Assembly: GCA_003345555.1 (NCBI GenBank)
Contig: PRDJ01000041.1
Location: 66,038 to 98,037 of the forward strand
Direction: 5' to 3'
DNA from: Candidatus Thorarchaeota archaeon
GTDB lineage: Archaea; Asgardarchaeota; Thorarchaeia; Thorarchaeales; Thorarchaeaceae
Length of the DNA stretch: 32,000 nt
Made by a program: the position numbers and the translations under genes. Below, in pieces: positions 1 to 9,562 of this stretch (the stretch's first letter is position 1; each line of letters starts with the position of its first letter). The notes beneath the pieces are model-generated. The model did not search any database and was not told the DNA's origin. It was given only the letters and a program-made list of their open reading frames with translations.

Positions 1-222
1 GGGTATGAGTGGAAGGTCATCGGCTATGAAATAGAACCCCTCGTCAATCGATGTGAATGGGACCATGGTCGTGTAGCTAGAATGCACAACGAACCTGTAG
101 TCCAATCTGTCGCCCTCATTGAGCCCCCAGTGAAGTCCTTGAGTGTTAGCTCCATAGACGCTAGGTGCAGATAGGGCGATTAAGAGCCCAAGCATGATGA
201 CGAACAAGCGTATCCTGCTCAA
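1..222 (-). CDS. Secreted/surface protein, N-terminal part only (runs off the left edge of the window; absent from the supplied ORF track)
   Basis: Manual reverse-complement translation from TTG at 222 is open to base 1: LSRIRLFVIMLGLLIALSAPSVYGA-NTQGLHWGLNEGDRLDYRFVVHSSYTTMVPFTSIDEGFYFIADDLPLIP. The N-terminus has a basic n-region, hydrophobic h-region and VYGA cleavage site, as in a Sec signal peptide. Confidence 0.8.
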   Translation of the reverse strand, partial: MSRIRLFVIMLGLLIALSAPSVYGANTQGLHWGLNEGDRLDYRFVVHSSYTTMVPFTSIDEGFYFIADDLPLIP

Positions 223-270
223 TGGTTGCCACGCACATGCAACTCACACGATAGCTGAAGGTATCCGCTC

Positions 271-290
271 TTTCGTTTATAAGTATTAAG
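271..290. promoter_or_regulatory. AT-rich TATA-like element (TTTATAAGTATTAAG) in the divergent intergenic region
   Basis: This AT-rich run lies between two divergent starts (222 minus, 376 plus). TTTATAA at 276-282 contains the self-complementary TTATAA and resembles an archaeal TATA box. Assigned on position and composition only. Confidence 0.4.
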
Positions 291-375
291 AACTCGCGGT
301 TACAAACTCTGTAACAGAAGAACATTCAAGCCGGCTCTAAAACCTACTAGAATAGCAGACGACTTTCGGGCAGTA

Positions 376-1629
376 ATGGATTCTGAGGTTCCTACCATGG
401 GTGGCCGATCTGAGCGACGATTCCTGGGCCTTAGTCCAGCTCTCTGGCGATTGTCCAGTGTAATTGCTGTCGCACAGTTTGGATGGAGCATATGGTACTG
501 GCAGTTTTCGGTTTTTCTCATGGAATATGTGGAGGAATGGGAGATTGGAGTCGTGCTCGCAGTAGGTACGATAGCCACTCTGGTAGGCTACCCAGTCTCA
601 GGTGCACTCGCCGACTCCATAGGCCGCAAGAAGACAGTAATTCTTTCCTTCGTGCCCATTTTCATAGGTCTGGGACTCCTTGCCATTTACCCTGAATGGC
701 CGGCTGTTCTCTATGAATATGCTTTGGCCGCCTTTGGTTGGTCGTTCGTCATGGTCGTCGAGAGGGCAATGGCGGCCGATGTCGTTGTTGAAGACAAAGG
801 GCAGGATTCGGCAAGAACATTCTCTATGATTGTTGCACCGGCATTTTTCATTGACGGCGTCGCCCCCCTTCTTGCTTCAGGTCTGCTTCTCGGGGGAGTT
901 TCGCAGAGAATGCTGATTCTGATCGGTGCCCTTGTATCTTTCTTGGCACTGATGATGGGACCAATCATACTGAAGGAAACGCTGAGCCAAACGACGATGG
1001 AGCGAGCAAGGAAGGGTGCGAAGATTCCTATCCGCAGCTTCGGTAGGAGCTACTGGAGAATAGCTGCTGGCATGTCCAGCTTCTATTTCGTTTCGGGTAT
1101 GACCCTTTCCTATTTTGGTAACCTCTTCGTTGATGAATGGCATCTGGATCTACCAACATACGGTCTCACTTGGGCCGCGTTCTCAATCACCCAAGCAGTA
1201 CTATCATATACAATAAGCGGTCTCGCAGACAAGAATCTGAGAGCCTCCTTGATGGCGGGAGTCATAGGCAACTCGCTCATGATCGGAGTGTGCGGCGCAG
1301 GCAATGGTCTCCTTCTTGCTTTCGCAGTGAACTTCACGTGGGCACCGCTGATGATTCTCTGGATTGGGGCAGAGAACTCGCTCATAGCCGCCAATGTAAG
1401 CGAAGAGGCTCAGGGTCGTGCCATGGGAATCTATAGCCTAATGCTCAATTCACTCGGCATAATCTCTGCACCAATCGGTGCCTTTCTTTGGGTAAGCCTT
1501 GGCAGTCTCAGAAGCCTCTACATGCTGACCAGTGTAGCAAGCCTTCCTTTCCTTATCCTGCTGGGCTACGTTCTAAAGACCGTGAGAGTCCAAATGCCAA
1601 GTCTAGACACTCAGGCTCAGCCAATGTGA
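376..1629 (+). CDS. Major facilitator superfamily (MFS) transporter
   Basis: 417 aa with about 12 hydrophobic segments in 6+6 layout. MFS motif A (GALADSIGRKKTV) follows TM2, and EEAQGRAMG lies before TM11. Confidence 0.9.
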   Translation: MDSEVPTMGGRSERRFLGLSPALWRLSSVIAVAQFGWSIWYWQFSVFLMEYVEEWEIGVVLAVGTIATLVGYPVSGALADSIGRKKTVILSFVPIFIGLGLLAIYPEWPAVLYEYALAAFGWSFVMVVERAMAADVVVEDKGQDSARTFSMIVAPAFFIDGVAPLLASGLLLGGVSQRMLILIGALVSFLALMMGPIILKETLSQTTMERARKGAKIPIRSFGRSYWRIAAGMSSFYFVSGMTLSYFGNLFVDEWHLDLPTYGLTWAAFSITQAVLSYTISGLADKNLRASLMAGVIGNSLMIGVCGAGNGLLLAFAVNFTWAPLMILWIGAENSLIAANVSEEAQGRAMGIYSLMLNSLGIISAPIGAFLWVSLGSLRSLYMLTSVASLPFLILLGYVLKTVRVQMPSLDTQAQPM

Positions 1630-1642
1630 GAGGACCAGTACG

Positions 1643-2713
1643 CTATTTCGAAAGCTTCTGCTTCTCCTTCTCAATCTCTTCGGCGCGCTTCTGCTTCTCC
1701 TTCTCAATCTCTTCGATGCGTTTCTTCTTGGCCTCTTCGGCCTTCTTAATCTGCTTGTCCTTTTCATCGATGCGCTTCTCTGCTACAGACAGCTCCTTCT
1801 TTCTGATGCCTTCTGCATTCTTGTACTCTTTATCCGCATCGTCCCACTCTTTCTTCGCGGAATGGGCCTCGCGCTCTGCGCTGTCAAGACGAGCTCTCTT
1901 TGCATCTGCGACAGCACGATAGCGCTCGACCTCTGCATCGAAACGGACACGCGTCTTATCGAGATCTTGCTCAAGCTGTTGACGCTCGACCACAAAGCGC
2001 CTTATGTCGAACTCGAATTTCCTGGTTTTCTCATCCTTTAGATATTCACTCTCTGCAGCTGAGACTGCTGATGCAGCCACCGAGGAAACGGGCCGCTCGG
2101 CCGCCCTCTCTTCAGGTCGAGAGGGCAATCGCTCTTCGACCAAAGATGCTGCGGGGGTCTCGAATCCTGCCTCTCTCGAAGACGCAGATTCAGCTTTCGC
2201 CTCAGGTGAAGATGGGGCTAGAACCACTGCAGAAGGTTCCGGCTGTGCACCTTTCTCCTTCTTCGCCCGGGCCTCAGCTTCTCTAACCTTCTCAAGAACC
2301 ATTCTGAGAGCCTCTCTTCCTTCCTCGGACTTGACTTCCGGTCCCGCGGCAGTTGCACCTACGCTTGCAGGTGCAAGAGGTTTCTCCTCCACAGAAGCGG
2401 GAGCCTCATCTTTCGCACGTGATTCTGCTACAAGGCCTTCAATTCCAGCTGCCCTAGGCATCCTCTCGCCTTGCTCACCAGGCTGAACGAAACCGCCGGT
2501 CTCCGCGGTGGTCGGCAATTCACCTGCCGCACCTTCTTCAGCTTGCTTAGAGGGTTGGAGACTTGCCCCGGTTACTACGCGTCCAGACTCAGGCACATGA
2601 GATGGTACCTTAGGCTTGGCTGTCTCTGCGGGAGCAAAGAGAGATGCTCCACATCGAACACAGAACTTGCGTGTTACATCATTGGCTCTCCCACATTTTG
2701 GGCACGTTCTCAA
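1643..2713 (-). CDS. Zinc-ribbon protein with long low-complexity linker and highly charged C-terminal helix/coiled coil
   Basis: N-terminal CPKCG-x-CVRCG zinc ribbon, about 200 aa rich in A/E/P/S, and a C-terminal region of about 115 aa dominated by E/K/R. Confidence 0.85.
   Translation of the reverse strand: MRTCPKCGRANDVTRKFCVRCGASLFAPAETAKPKVPSHVPESGRVVTGASLQPSKQAEEGAAGELPTTAETGGFVQPGEQGERMPRAAGIEGLVAESRAKDEAPASVEEKPLAPASVGATAAGPEVKSEEGREALRMVLEKVREAEARAKKEKGAQPEPSAVVLAPSSPEAKAESASSREAGFETPAASLVEERLPSRPEERAAERPVSSVAASAVSAAESEYLKDEKTRKFEFDIRRFVVERQQLEQDLDKTRVRFDAEVERYRAVADAKRARLDSAEREAHSAKKEWDDADKEYKNAEGIRKKELSVAEKRIDEKDKQIKKAEEAKKKRIEEIEKEKQKRAEEIEKEKQKLSK
1654..1715. repeat. 33-bp-period tandem duplication inside the zinc-ribbon/coiled-coil gene
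   Basis: GCTTCTGCTTCTCCTTCTCAATCTCTTCG occurs identically at 1654-1682 and 1687-1715, encoding EEIEKEKQK twice (11-aa period) on the minus strand. Confidence 0.9.
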
Positions 2714-2831
2714 GATGAATCCGCTCCTTTGTTATACAACGGTGGGCATAATAGAGAAGCATTGTCAGATATAGATTTGGAGTATCGTCTTGCAGGACCA
2801 GATAGGTCAGCCAGTGCCCACCATCCGTGTC

Positions 2832-3890
2832 CTAGCGCTTCTTGTCCTTCTTGTCCTTTGCTTCCTTCCGAACCCGGACCCCTTTTTGAGAAATGGTAAT
2901 CTCCTGCCTCTCGAGCTTCAGCTTCTTCTCAAGGTCGACTGTCTTGGCACTCGAGACAATCTCCTTTCCGGCTGATTCAGCCAATATTCCTTCGGTGCTT
3001 ACTCGAGTCGTCTTCTTGATAGCTTCCTTCTCAACAACGGTTGCCCCAAGCTTGATGGCCAAGTGTCCCATCTTCCTTCTAATCCGATCTTGAGAATGCT
3101 CGTTCACCACGACGACAGGCACAATGAATGCCATAACGAACAGAGGGACTCCGACGACGAGTGTAAGAGCACCAAGCAGCTCGGGGAGAGTTGGAACAAC
3201 ATCTGCAGCGAAGTATGGGCCATAGATATAGGTCGTGAACATCGTGATTGGGAATGCGATCAGCGCGTAGCCACCGAAGATGTTACTGACCCAGCGACCG
3301 ACCCCCTGCGTGTCGGGACACTGGCGCACTTCGAGCTTGCTGGTCTTGAGGTGGGTCACGATGCCAGAGTCATTCAGCACCCACGTGGGCATGAATATCA
3401 GGAGGGCAATGGGCATGAAAATGAGTGCACTCATTAGAGACAGTGCTGCCTCGCCCAAGAAAGGACTCTCTGGGAACGGTCCGATCGCAAGGTATCCTGC
3501 TATGACTTCACGGAGCATGCTAGCTGAAGCGACACTAAACAGAGCAGGTGCAGCAGCCCTTCGAATTATGTGCCTGCCTGCAAACACCGGACCGATATTC
3601 ATGATGTTCATCTCGTAGGATGCGGCTTTCACAGCTCGGTTGACGAACAGAAACATGGACGCGATGGGAACGGCAAACAGGAAGTACTCAGCAAACAGCA
3701 CTGGCAGCGAGATGCCAAGCAGAAGAACAATGAAGCTTGGCATCGTCAGGCCCATGATAGACATCGTGCTCCCAGATGGTAGACCAACCGTAACTAGGTA
3801 TATGATCTGGAGAGCGGATCCTCCTATGACTAGGCAAAACAAAGCAGGCAACACATATCTTCCTTTGCTCAGAACCACTTGAATCTCCAA
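2832..3890 (-). CDS. Uncharacterised polytopic membrane protein with basic C-terminal tail
   Basis: 352-aa ORF (TTG start) with about 6-7 hydrophobic segments and a K/R-rich soluble C-terminus. No family motif recognised. Confidence 0.75.
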   Translation of the reverse strand: MEIQVVLSKGRYVLPALFCLVIGGSALQIIYLVTVGLPSGSTMSIMGLTMPSFIVLLLGISLPVLFAEYFLFAVPIASMFLFVNRAVKAASYEMNIMNIGPVFAGRHIIRRAAAPALFSVASASMLREVIAGYLAIGPFPESPFLGEAALSLMSALIFMPIALLIFMPTWVLNDSGIVTHLKTSKLEVRQCPDTQGVGRWVSNIFGGYALIAFPITMFTTYIYGPYFAADVVPTLPELLGALTLVVGVPLFVMAFIVPVVVVNEHSQDRIRRKMGHLAIKLGATVVEKEAIKKTTRVSTEGILAESAGKEIVSSAKTVDLEKKLKLERQEITISQKGVRVRKEAKDKKDKKR

Positions 3891-4008
3891 TCGCTGAAAG
3901 AATCATGACTATGTAAACTCATCTACTAAAATGAGCTTCAAGAGGACTCCTACTCGCATAACTGACGATCAGACAGAACTTGGCGGCCAAGGAAACAATG
4001 CCCACTGG

Positions 4009-4677
4009 CTACTGAACCACGAACTCTTCGCCTTCCTTAGGTGCCAAGAATCTAATACCACCCCTTCGCTCTAGTTTCTTCCTGAAGTCCGAAGTATCCT
4101 TGTCCCAATTGTGCATCGGAACAACCAGCCGTGGTTTAATGGCCAAAGCCGCTTCTGCTGCTTCTGTGTTGTCCATTGTGTAGGTGTCACCGCATGGCAA
4201 GAGAGCGACATCTATCGGACCAAGCTCCTTCATCTCAGGAATGACGTCAGTGTCACCTGCATGATAGATCGTTCTTCCCTGCACAGTTATGAGATACCCG
4301 ACGCCAAATCCTCTGGGATGGAAGGGCTTACCGGGAGAGCGAAAGCGCTTGACGTTGTAGGCTTGGACTGCCTTGACCCTGATACCGCGAACGGTAGTTT
4401 CCTCTCCGGCCGTCAGTGACTTGAAGTCCCTGTTAATCTTCTCGGCACAGTCCTTGGGCGCAATAATGACTGTGCTATCGCTAAGGAAACTCAAGATAGC
4501 ATCCGGGTCACAGTGGTCGGCATGAGAGTGGGTCACAAGAACTAGGGTAGCAGGGTCGAATACATCCGGAACACGCTCCACATACTTCTTTGCGCGATAC
4601 GGATCGACGTAGATCACCTTCCCGTCAGCCTTGATTTCGAAGCCAGCATGTCCTAACCATCGAAGTGATACAGTCAC
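4009..4677 (-). CDS. MBL-fold metallo-hydrolase (UlaG/UPF0173-like beta-lactamase superfamily)
   Basis: N-terminal WLGHAGF, metal motif THSHADH (HxHxDH), then YHAGDT and PMHNW. Confidence 0.92.
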   Translation of the reverse strand: MTVSLRWLGHAGFEIKADGKVIYVDPYRAKKYVERVPDVFDPATLVLVTHSHADHCDPDAILSFLSDSTVIIAPKDCAEKINRDFKSLTAGEETTVRGIRVKAVQAYNVKRFRSPGKPFHPRGFGVGYLITVQGRTIYHAGDTDVIPEMKELGPIDVALLPCGDTYTMDNTEAAEAALAIKPRLVVPMHNWDKDTSDFRKKLERRGGIRFLAPKEGEEFVVQ

Positions 4678-5063
4678 TACGGTCGCCAGCTATGGAAGAT
4701 ATGTCGGAAGTATATGTGTCTAACCGTTCACCAGAATAGTAGCACAATAGATGACTCCATGCAAGTCTAACGGTACGATTGTTGAACTCCTAGCCATGGT
4801 ACAGTCATCCCAACTGGGTCGACAGCTCAGCTTTCCCCGAAACAGCGGTTCGACGATCTGCTATTCCGTTTCGCCAGCAGTCTCTTCGCTCCAACACACT
4901 GAATCTCTGTCCTGCGATGTATACTAGAGCACCCAATGCTTTGGACTATCGAATGTTGCATCTCCTTCTTGGTAACCTGAGGAAGCGGAATCTGAACAGC
5001 AACATTGAGAAGAAGGCGAAGAGTTGCGCAAGCCTCACTGGGTTTGGGGGATATGACAAGTCA

Positions 5064-5552
5064 ATGCGGATTGACGAATTCGACGTCCCGACAGAGCTTA
5101 ACTTGCAAGAAGTAACAACGAGGACAATGCAATGGCTGAAAGCCGGCGAACCCGGCACCGATTACGTCCTGATGGGAGAGTCAGACCAACAAGCAACAAT
5201 CAGTAAGGACAAGCGCGACCTCAACATATGCGGCATTTCATTTTGCGAGACTTGCGGGATCATCGTCCTGCTGGTCACGCTCATGATAGGAACCATATAC
5301 TCGGGAGGACTAGACGCCTTCTATTTCCTCGTAGGCATTGTGAATATCGTCGGAATAATCGGACTTGTCGGAGGATTCGCATGCTATCTCCTCACTGCTA
5401 AGAAGGTCACGTACACATTGAGATTCAGCGAAGGAACACCCTTTAACGTGACAGTCTACGGTGAGGGGCGAGTGGAAGCGACCAGACGAGACTATGACTC
5501 ACTCAAGTCCGCCGTCTTGCATGGTCCTCGTCCTCCGCCAGGCCCTTGGTAA
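5064..5552 (+). CDS. Small uncharacterised two-TM membrane protein
   Basis: Part of track ORF 4917..5552. ATG 5064 (MRIDEFDVP) is preferred because the upstream 49 codons look non-coding. Two hydrophobic helices sit between soluble beta-rich segments. The start choice is an inference. Confidence 0.65.
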   Translation: MRIDEFDVPTELNLQEVTTRTMQWLKAGEPGTDYVLMGESDQQATISKDKRDLNICGISFCETCGIIVLLVTLMIGTIYSGGLDAFYFLVGIVNIVGIIGLVGGFACYLLTAKKVTYTLRFSEGTPFNVTVYGEGRVEATRRDYDSLKSAVLHGPRPPPGPW

Positions 5553-5730
5553 CGCGTACTGCCCATTGTGCCCGTGGATTCAAGCCTATCCGGTTAAGAA
5601 GAAGTAACTATTACGTTCTCATCTCTTTTCAGAATTCATTGCCCATACCGGAGTGCCACGCCACCAAGATTGGGCATCCAGAATGCATTTTACTGGCTCT
5701 TGACATTGCGCTTGCGGGAGTTGACCCGAA

Positions 5731-7449
5731 ATGATTCTCCTGAATCCGAACCACCTTACTCGCCCATATCCTGATGAAGCATCAAGAGAAATCATGGAGA
5801 AGACCGTTCAGTTCTTTGAGAACAAGGGCAAGGTCAAGCTGAAAAATGATGACCACGCTATGGTCTGGTATCAGGATTTCCTTGACTTCGTCAAGAAGGA
5901 AGAGATATTCTACAAGCTCCTGACGCCGCCGCAATATGGGGACAAGGACTGCCGGTGGGACACATGGCGCAACATGGAATTCAATGAGATTCTTGCTTTC
6001 TATGGGCTGCACTACTGGTACACCTGGCAGGTTTCCGCTCTTGGTCTTGGACCTATATGGATGAGCAAGAATGACGGTGTGAAACGTAAGACTGCTCAGT
6101 TGCTGAAGGGTGGTGGAGTATTCGCATTTGGATTGAGCGAAAAACAGCATGGTGCAGATATCTACTCGTCAGAAATGCTTCTCAAGGTGCTGGGTGGTGG
6201 AAAATACAAAGCAAGAGGAAGCAAGTACTATATTGGCAACGGCAACGTGGCAAGCTTGGTCTCAGTCTTTGGCAAGAGTGACAAACCAATGGATCCGACT
6301 GACGAGAAGTACGGCAAATACGTCTTCTTCGTTGTCAATTCGCAGCATCCCAACTATGAGTGTGTGAGAAGCCTCGTAGCAGTCCAGTCGTACGTAGCCG
6401 AATACAAGCTGAACGATTATCCGCTGACCGATGCAGACATCCTTTCCTTTGGCCGCGATGCTTGGGACTGTACATTGAACACAGTTAATGTCTGCAAGTT
6501 CAATCTGGGTTGGGCATCAATAGGCATCTGTACCCATGCACTCTATGAGGCCATCAACCATGCTGCAAATCGCTTCCTATACGGTCAGTGGGTTACCGAT
6601 TTCTCTCACATACGTAGTCTCCTTGTCGACGCCTATGCTCGCCTCGTGGCCATGAAGCTCTACGCATTACGTGCAGGTGACTATATGCGGACGGCGTCTC
6701 TGCAGGACCGCCGCTACATCCTCTATAACAGTCTGGTAAAGATGAAGGTCACAACCGAAGGAGAGAAAGTCATCGATTTGCTTTGGGACGTGATCGCGGC
6801 CAGAGGTTTCGAAGGTGAAACGTACTTCTCTGCGGCAGCCAGAGACATTCGAGCGCTACCCAAATTGGAGGGAACGGTTCATGTCAACATGGCGCAGATT
6901 ATCAAATTCATGCCAGCCTTCTTCTTCATGCCAGAGAAGTGTGCAGAGATACCGACTGTCAAAGACGCCAAACATGATGGGTTCATGTTCAACCAGGGAC
7001 CAACAAAGGGTGCGAGCCAGATACGCTTTCACGACTACCATGAGACATACGACAGTGTGAGCCTACCTAATATTGACATCTTCAAAGAGCAGGTCCACGT
7101 CTTCAACGAGTTCATGACAGATGCCACCCCCACGGAACAACAAGGGGCGGACCTGGATTTCAGTCTGAACGCGGGCGAACTGTTCACTCTCGTAGTGTAT
7201 GGACAGCTCGTATTGGAGAACTTCAGGAATTATGATATAAGTGAAGGCTTGCTCGATCAGATATTCGACTTCATGGTGCGCGATTTCTCACGATATGCTT
7301 TGCAGCTGTACTCCAAACGCAGCACGACAGAGAAACAGCAAGAGATACTCCTGAGATGCATTAGGAAACCACACGTAGATGAGGAGCGATTCAGACAAGT
7401 GTGGGAGGAAGTCTACTCACTGAAAGGCCTCTATGAAATGAGAAAGTAG
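5731..7449 (+). CDS. Acyl-CoA dehydrogenase family flavoprotein
   Basis: 572 aa. FAFGLSEKQHGAD (ACAD signature-1-like), KYYIGNG, AARG, and KLEGT carrying the glutamate at the position equivalent to the catalytic YEGT of medium-chain ACADs. Confidence 0.93.
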   Translation: MILLNPNHLTRPYPDEASREIMEKTVQFFENKGKVKLKNDDHAMVWYQDFLDFVKKEEIFYKLLTPPQYGDKDCRWDTWRNMEFNEILAFYGLHYWYTWQVSALGLGPIWMSKNDGVKRKTAQLLKGGGVFAFGLSEKQHGADIYSSEMLLKVLGGGKYKARGSKYYIGNGNVASLVSVFGKSDKPMDPTDEKYGKYVFFVVNSQHPNYECVRSLVAVQSYVAEYKLNDYPLTDADILSFGRDAWDCTLNTVNVCKFNLGWASIGICTHALYEAINHAANRFLYGQWVTDFSHIRSLLVDAYARLVAMKLYALRAGDYMRTASLQDRRYILYNSLVKMKVTTEGEKVIDLLWDVIAARGFEGETYFSAAARDIRALPKLEGTVHVNMAQIIKFMPAFFFMPEKCAEIPTVKDAKHDGFMFNQGPTKGASQIRFHDYHETYDSVSLPNIDIFKEQVHVFNEFMTDATPTEQQGADLDFSLNAGELFTLVVYGQLVLENFRNYDISEGLLDQIFDFMVRDFSRYALQLYSKRSTTEKQQEILLRCIRKPHVDEERFRQVWEEVYSLKGLYEMRK

Positions 7450-7513
7450 GAAATAAAAGACCGACACGCGTCTGACAAGCATACTGCGGCCGCCTCAATC
7501 TGAGGGATGACAC

Positions 7514-7714
7514 ATGAAACGTAAGCTGATTGGATTGTTGCTGATCCTCGTGGGGTCGATCCTGTTCTTGGATGAACTGTGGTTCTTTGTGCCAGGCATT
7601 GTGCCACACGGTTGGCTCATCGGCGATTGGTCTCAGTTCCATGTGTACCCCTTTCATCACTGGATGCTGGGCGTCGCCATGATTGTAGTCGGTCTATGGC
7701 TATTGAAGAAGTAG
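7514..7714 (+). CDS. Small two-TM membrane protein with His/Trp-rich loop
   Basis: 66 aa. Basic N-terminus, TM1, loop PHGWLIGDWSQFHVYPFHHW, TM2, KK. A GAGGGA SD-like sequence lies upstream of the ATG. Confidence 0.65.
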   Translation: MKRKLIGLLLILVGSILFLDELWFFVPGIVPHGWLIGDWSQFHVYPFHHWMLGVAMIVVGLWLLKK

Positions 7715-7892
7715 GTTCTCGATGCCGTGCTCTCCAAGGGTTTCGTGCGACGACAGGGAGAAGAACAAGGCATCTCAACATCTGTAATGCAGACGATTCG
7801 GCAATCGTGTGGCGCTTAGTAGTGGCGGTCATCCCAAACTTCTTAATGTGGTGGACTCCGGGCATCGATAAATCACGGAGAGCGCCCCAGTC

Positions 7893-9383
7893 ATGAGTAT
7901 AATCGCCCGATTCTTCGGCCTACAGCAGCCCACGGACAAGGCACTCTGGTTAGTGCGAACCATGGTTCTTCTAATGCCAACCATGGCGGCCACGTTCATG
8001 ATTTCCACAACCTTCTGGATGATCTTCATCGCCACCTCGCTGGGCGGCGGCGATCTCATGGCGGGCTTGCCCTTGATAGGAGTCCTAGTGATAATCCAGC
8101 TAGTCATACGGACCGTCTTGGACTATCCTAGCGGCGCCCTCGGAGATTACATTGGCCAAAGATACGTGATCGCAACAGCCCTAACATGCTATGCCATTGG
8201 CTTTTGGTTGACATCAACAGTGGACACAGGAACTCCATACATCGTGTTTGTGGCAATATACGTGGTCCTAGGAGTAGGGCAGTCGCAAGAAAGCGGGGCG
8301 TGGGCTGCTTGGTTTGACAATAACTATCGTGTGGCCATGCCTCATGACAAGGACAGAAAGATGTACGGTGTCATGCAGGGCCGCTCCGGAATGATCTTTC
8401 AGATCGTGTCAACCCTTGTTCTTCTTCCAGGAGCTTGGCTTGCTGTAGCCTATACTGAAAGGTGGGTCTTCAGATTCCAGGGCATCTTATGCCTCTTTCT
8501 TGCCCTTATCGTGCTAAGAGTCATTAGGGACTTCCCCGAAGCACAAGCTCTCAGGAAGAAGCAGAATGCATCATCCGGAGGGTATTCACGTGTCCTCGTT
8601 GACGGGTTGAAGTTTGTCGGTTCTAGCCGCTTCGTGTTTTTCATCTTCATGGGCGAGACTGTTCTCTTCGCAACAGGCATATTGTGGTGGGAAATCATCC
8701 TGTTTCCCTTCTACTTTATCTATCTCCTCAGCTACATTGGCATCTCTGGTTTCAGAACCCTTGTCTTCATACCAAACGTTGCGTCCCAAGAAAGAAGCGG
8801 AATCTGGTCACGCAGGTTTGACCCGGTGAAATGGATTCCTCGTCTCAGACTTCTCCAGTTCTGCGGATTCGTGTTCTACGTGCTGTTATCAGCTACGACC
8901 TTCATCTTCAAGCCGCCTGCGCCTGAAGAGGCTCACATGATAATGGTTTTCATCCCACTGACGAGCATTGCCCTTTTCGAGGTCCCCGCAGAATCAGTAA
9001 TACCTTTGACGCTTATCTTTATGATTTTCCTACTTGGCGATTTCCTAGGAGCATTCGCCGATGTGCTAACTCAACGTGTATTGATAGATGTGATTCCGAA
9101 CAGAATCAGAAACAGCCTATACTCCCTCAGACCTGCCCTCGCCATTCTGTGTGCCGTTCCCTTAATATGGTTCTTCAGTGTGTTCCTTCCTGCCTACGGA
9201 TTCGGCTTGACATTCGCCTTGGTAGCAATCGTTGCTCTCGTAGGATCCGCTCTCATCAAGGTCGGCTTCTCGTACCCAATTCCTAAGGCAAAGGACATTG
9301 AGGTTACTATTGAGAAAGTCAGGACGGAAGACAACTTACAAATGTCTGCAGACGATGCAGGTCGCGACGCAGAGACCACATAG
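7893..9383 (+). CDS. MFS transporter (longer variant)
   Basis: 496 aa. Motif A variant GALGDYIGQRY, SQESGAWAAWFDN in TM4, and IPNRIRNSLYSL before TM11. An extra hydrophobic insertion lies in the C-terminal half. Confidence 0.85.
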   Translation: MSIIARFFGLQQPTDKALWLVRTMVLLMPTMAATFMISTTFWMIFIATSLGGGDLMAGLPLIGVLVIIQLVIRTVLDYPSGALGDYIGQRYVIATALTCYAIGFWLTSTVDTGTPYIVFVAIYVVLGVGQSQESGAWAAWFDNNYRVAMPHDKDRKMYGVMQGRSGMIFQIVSTLVLLPGAWLAVAYTERWVFRFQGILCLFLALIVLRVIRDFPEAQALRKKQNASSGGYSRVLVDGLKFVGSSRFVFFIFMGETVLFATGILWWEIILFPFYFIYLLSYIGISGFRTLVFIPNVASQERSGIWSRRFDPVKWIPRLRLLQFCGFVFYVLLSATTFIFKPPAPEEAHMIMVFIPLTSIALFEVPAESVIPLTLIFMIFLLGDFLGAFADVLTQRVLIDVIPNRIRNSLYSLRPALAILCAVPLIWFFSVFLPAYGFGLTFALVAIVALVGSALIKVGFSYPIPKAKDIEVTIEKVRTEDNLQMSADDAGRDAETT

Positions 9384-9562
9384 TCGGTCAATAGGATGCC
9401 CGATTATGTGCCAGCTGTGGCGTGTTTACCGCAAGAAGGGAGATGCTCAAGTCCAGTTCCGTCGTGATATTCGATGGCGCGGACAATTCCGCTACCGATT
9501 GTCTTATACTCTCTCGCGAGAGAACAACGGGAATCGATGTGAAGAAAAGGGAGGCGAAAGAG

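Noticed and set aside
1643-2050. ESCRT-III/Snf7/PspA identity for the charged helical tail
   Set aside because: Only generic charge-rich helicity is visible, with no recognisable ESCRT-III helical hairpin core or MIM motif.
4678-5063. Short ORFs or an ncRNA in the roughly 390-bp gap, including track ORF 4946-5158 and the N-terminal extension from 4917
   Set aside because: Frames I translated gave only short, motif-free peptides, and I saw no convincing tRNA-like or long stem structure.
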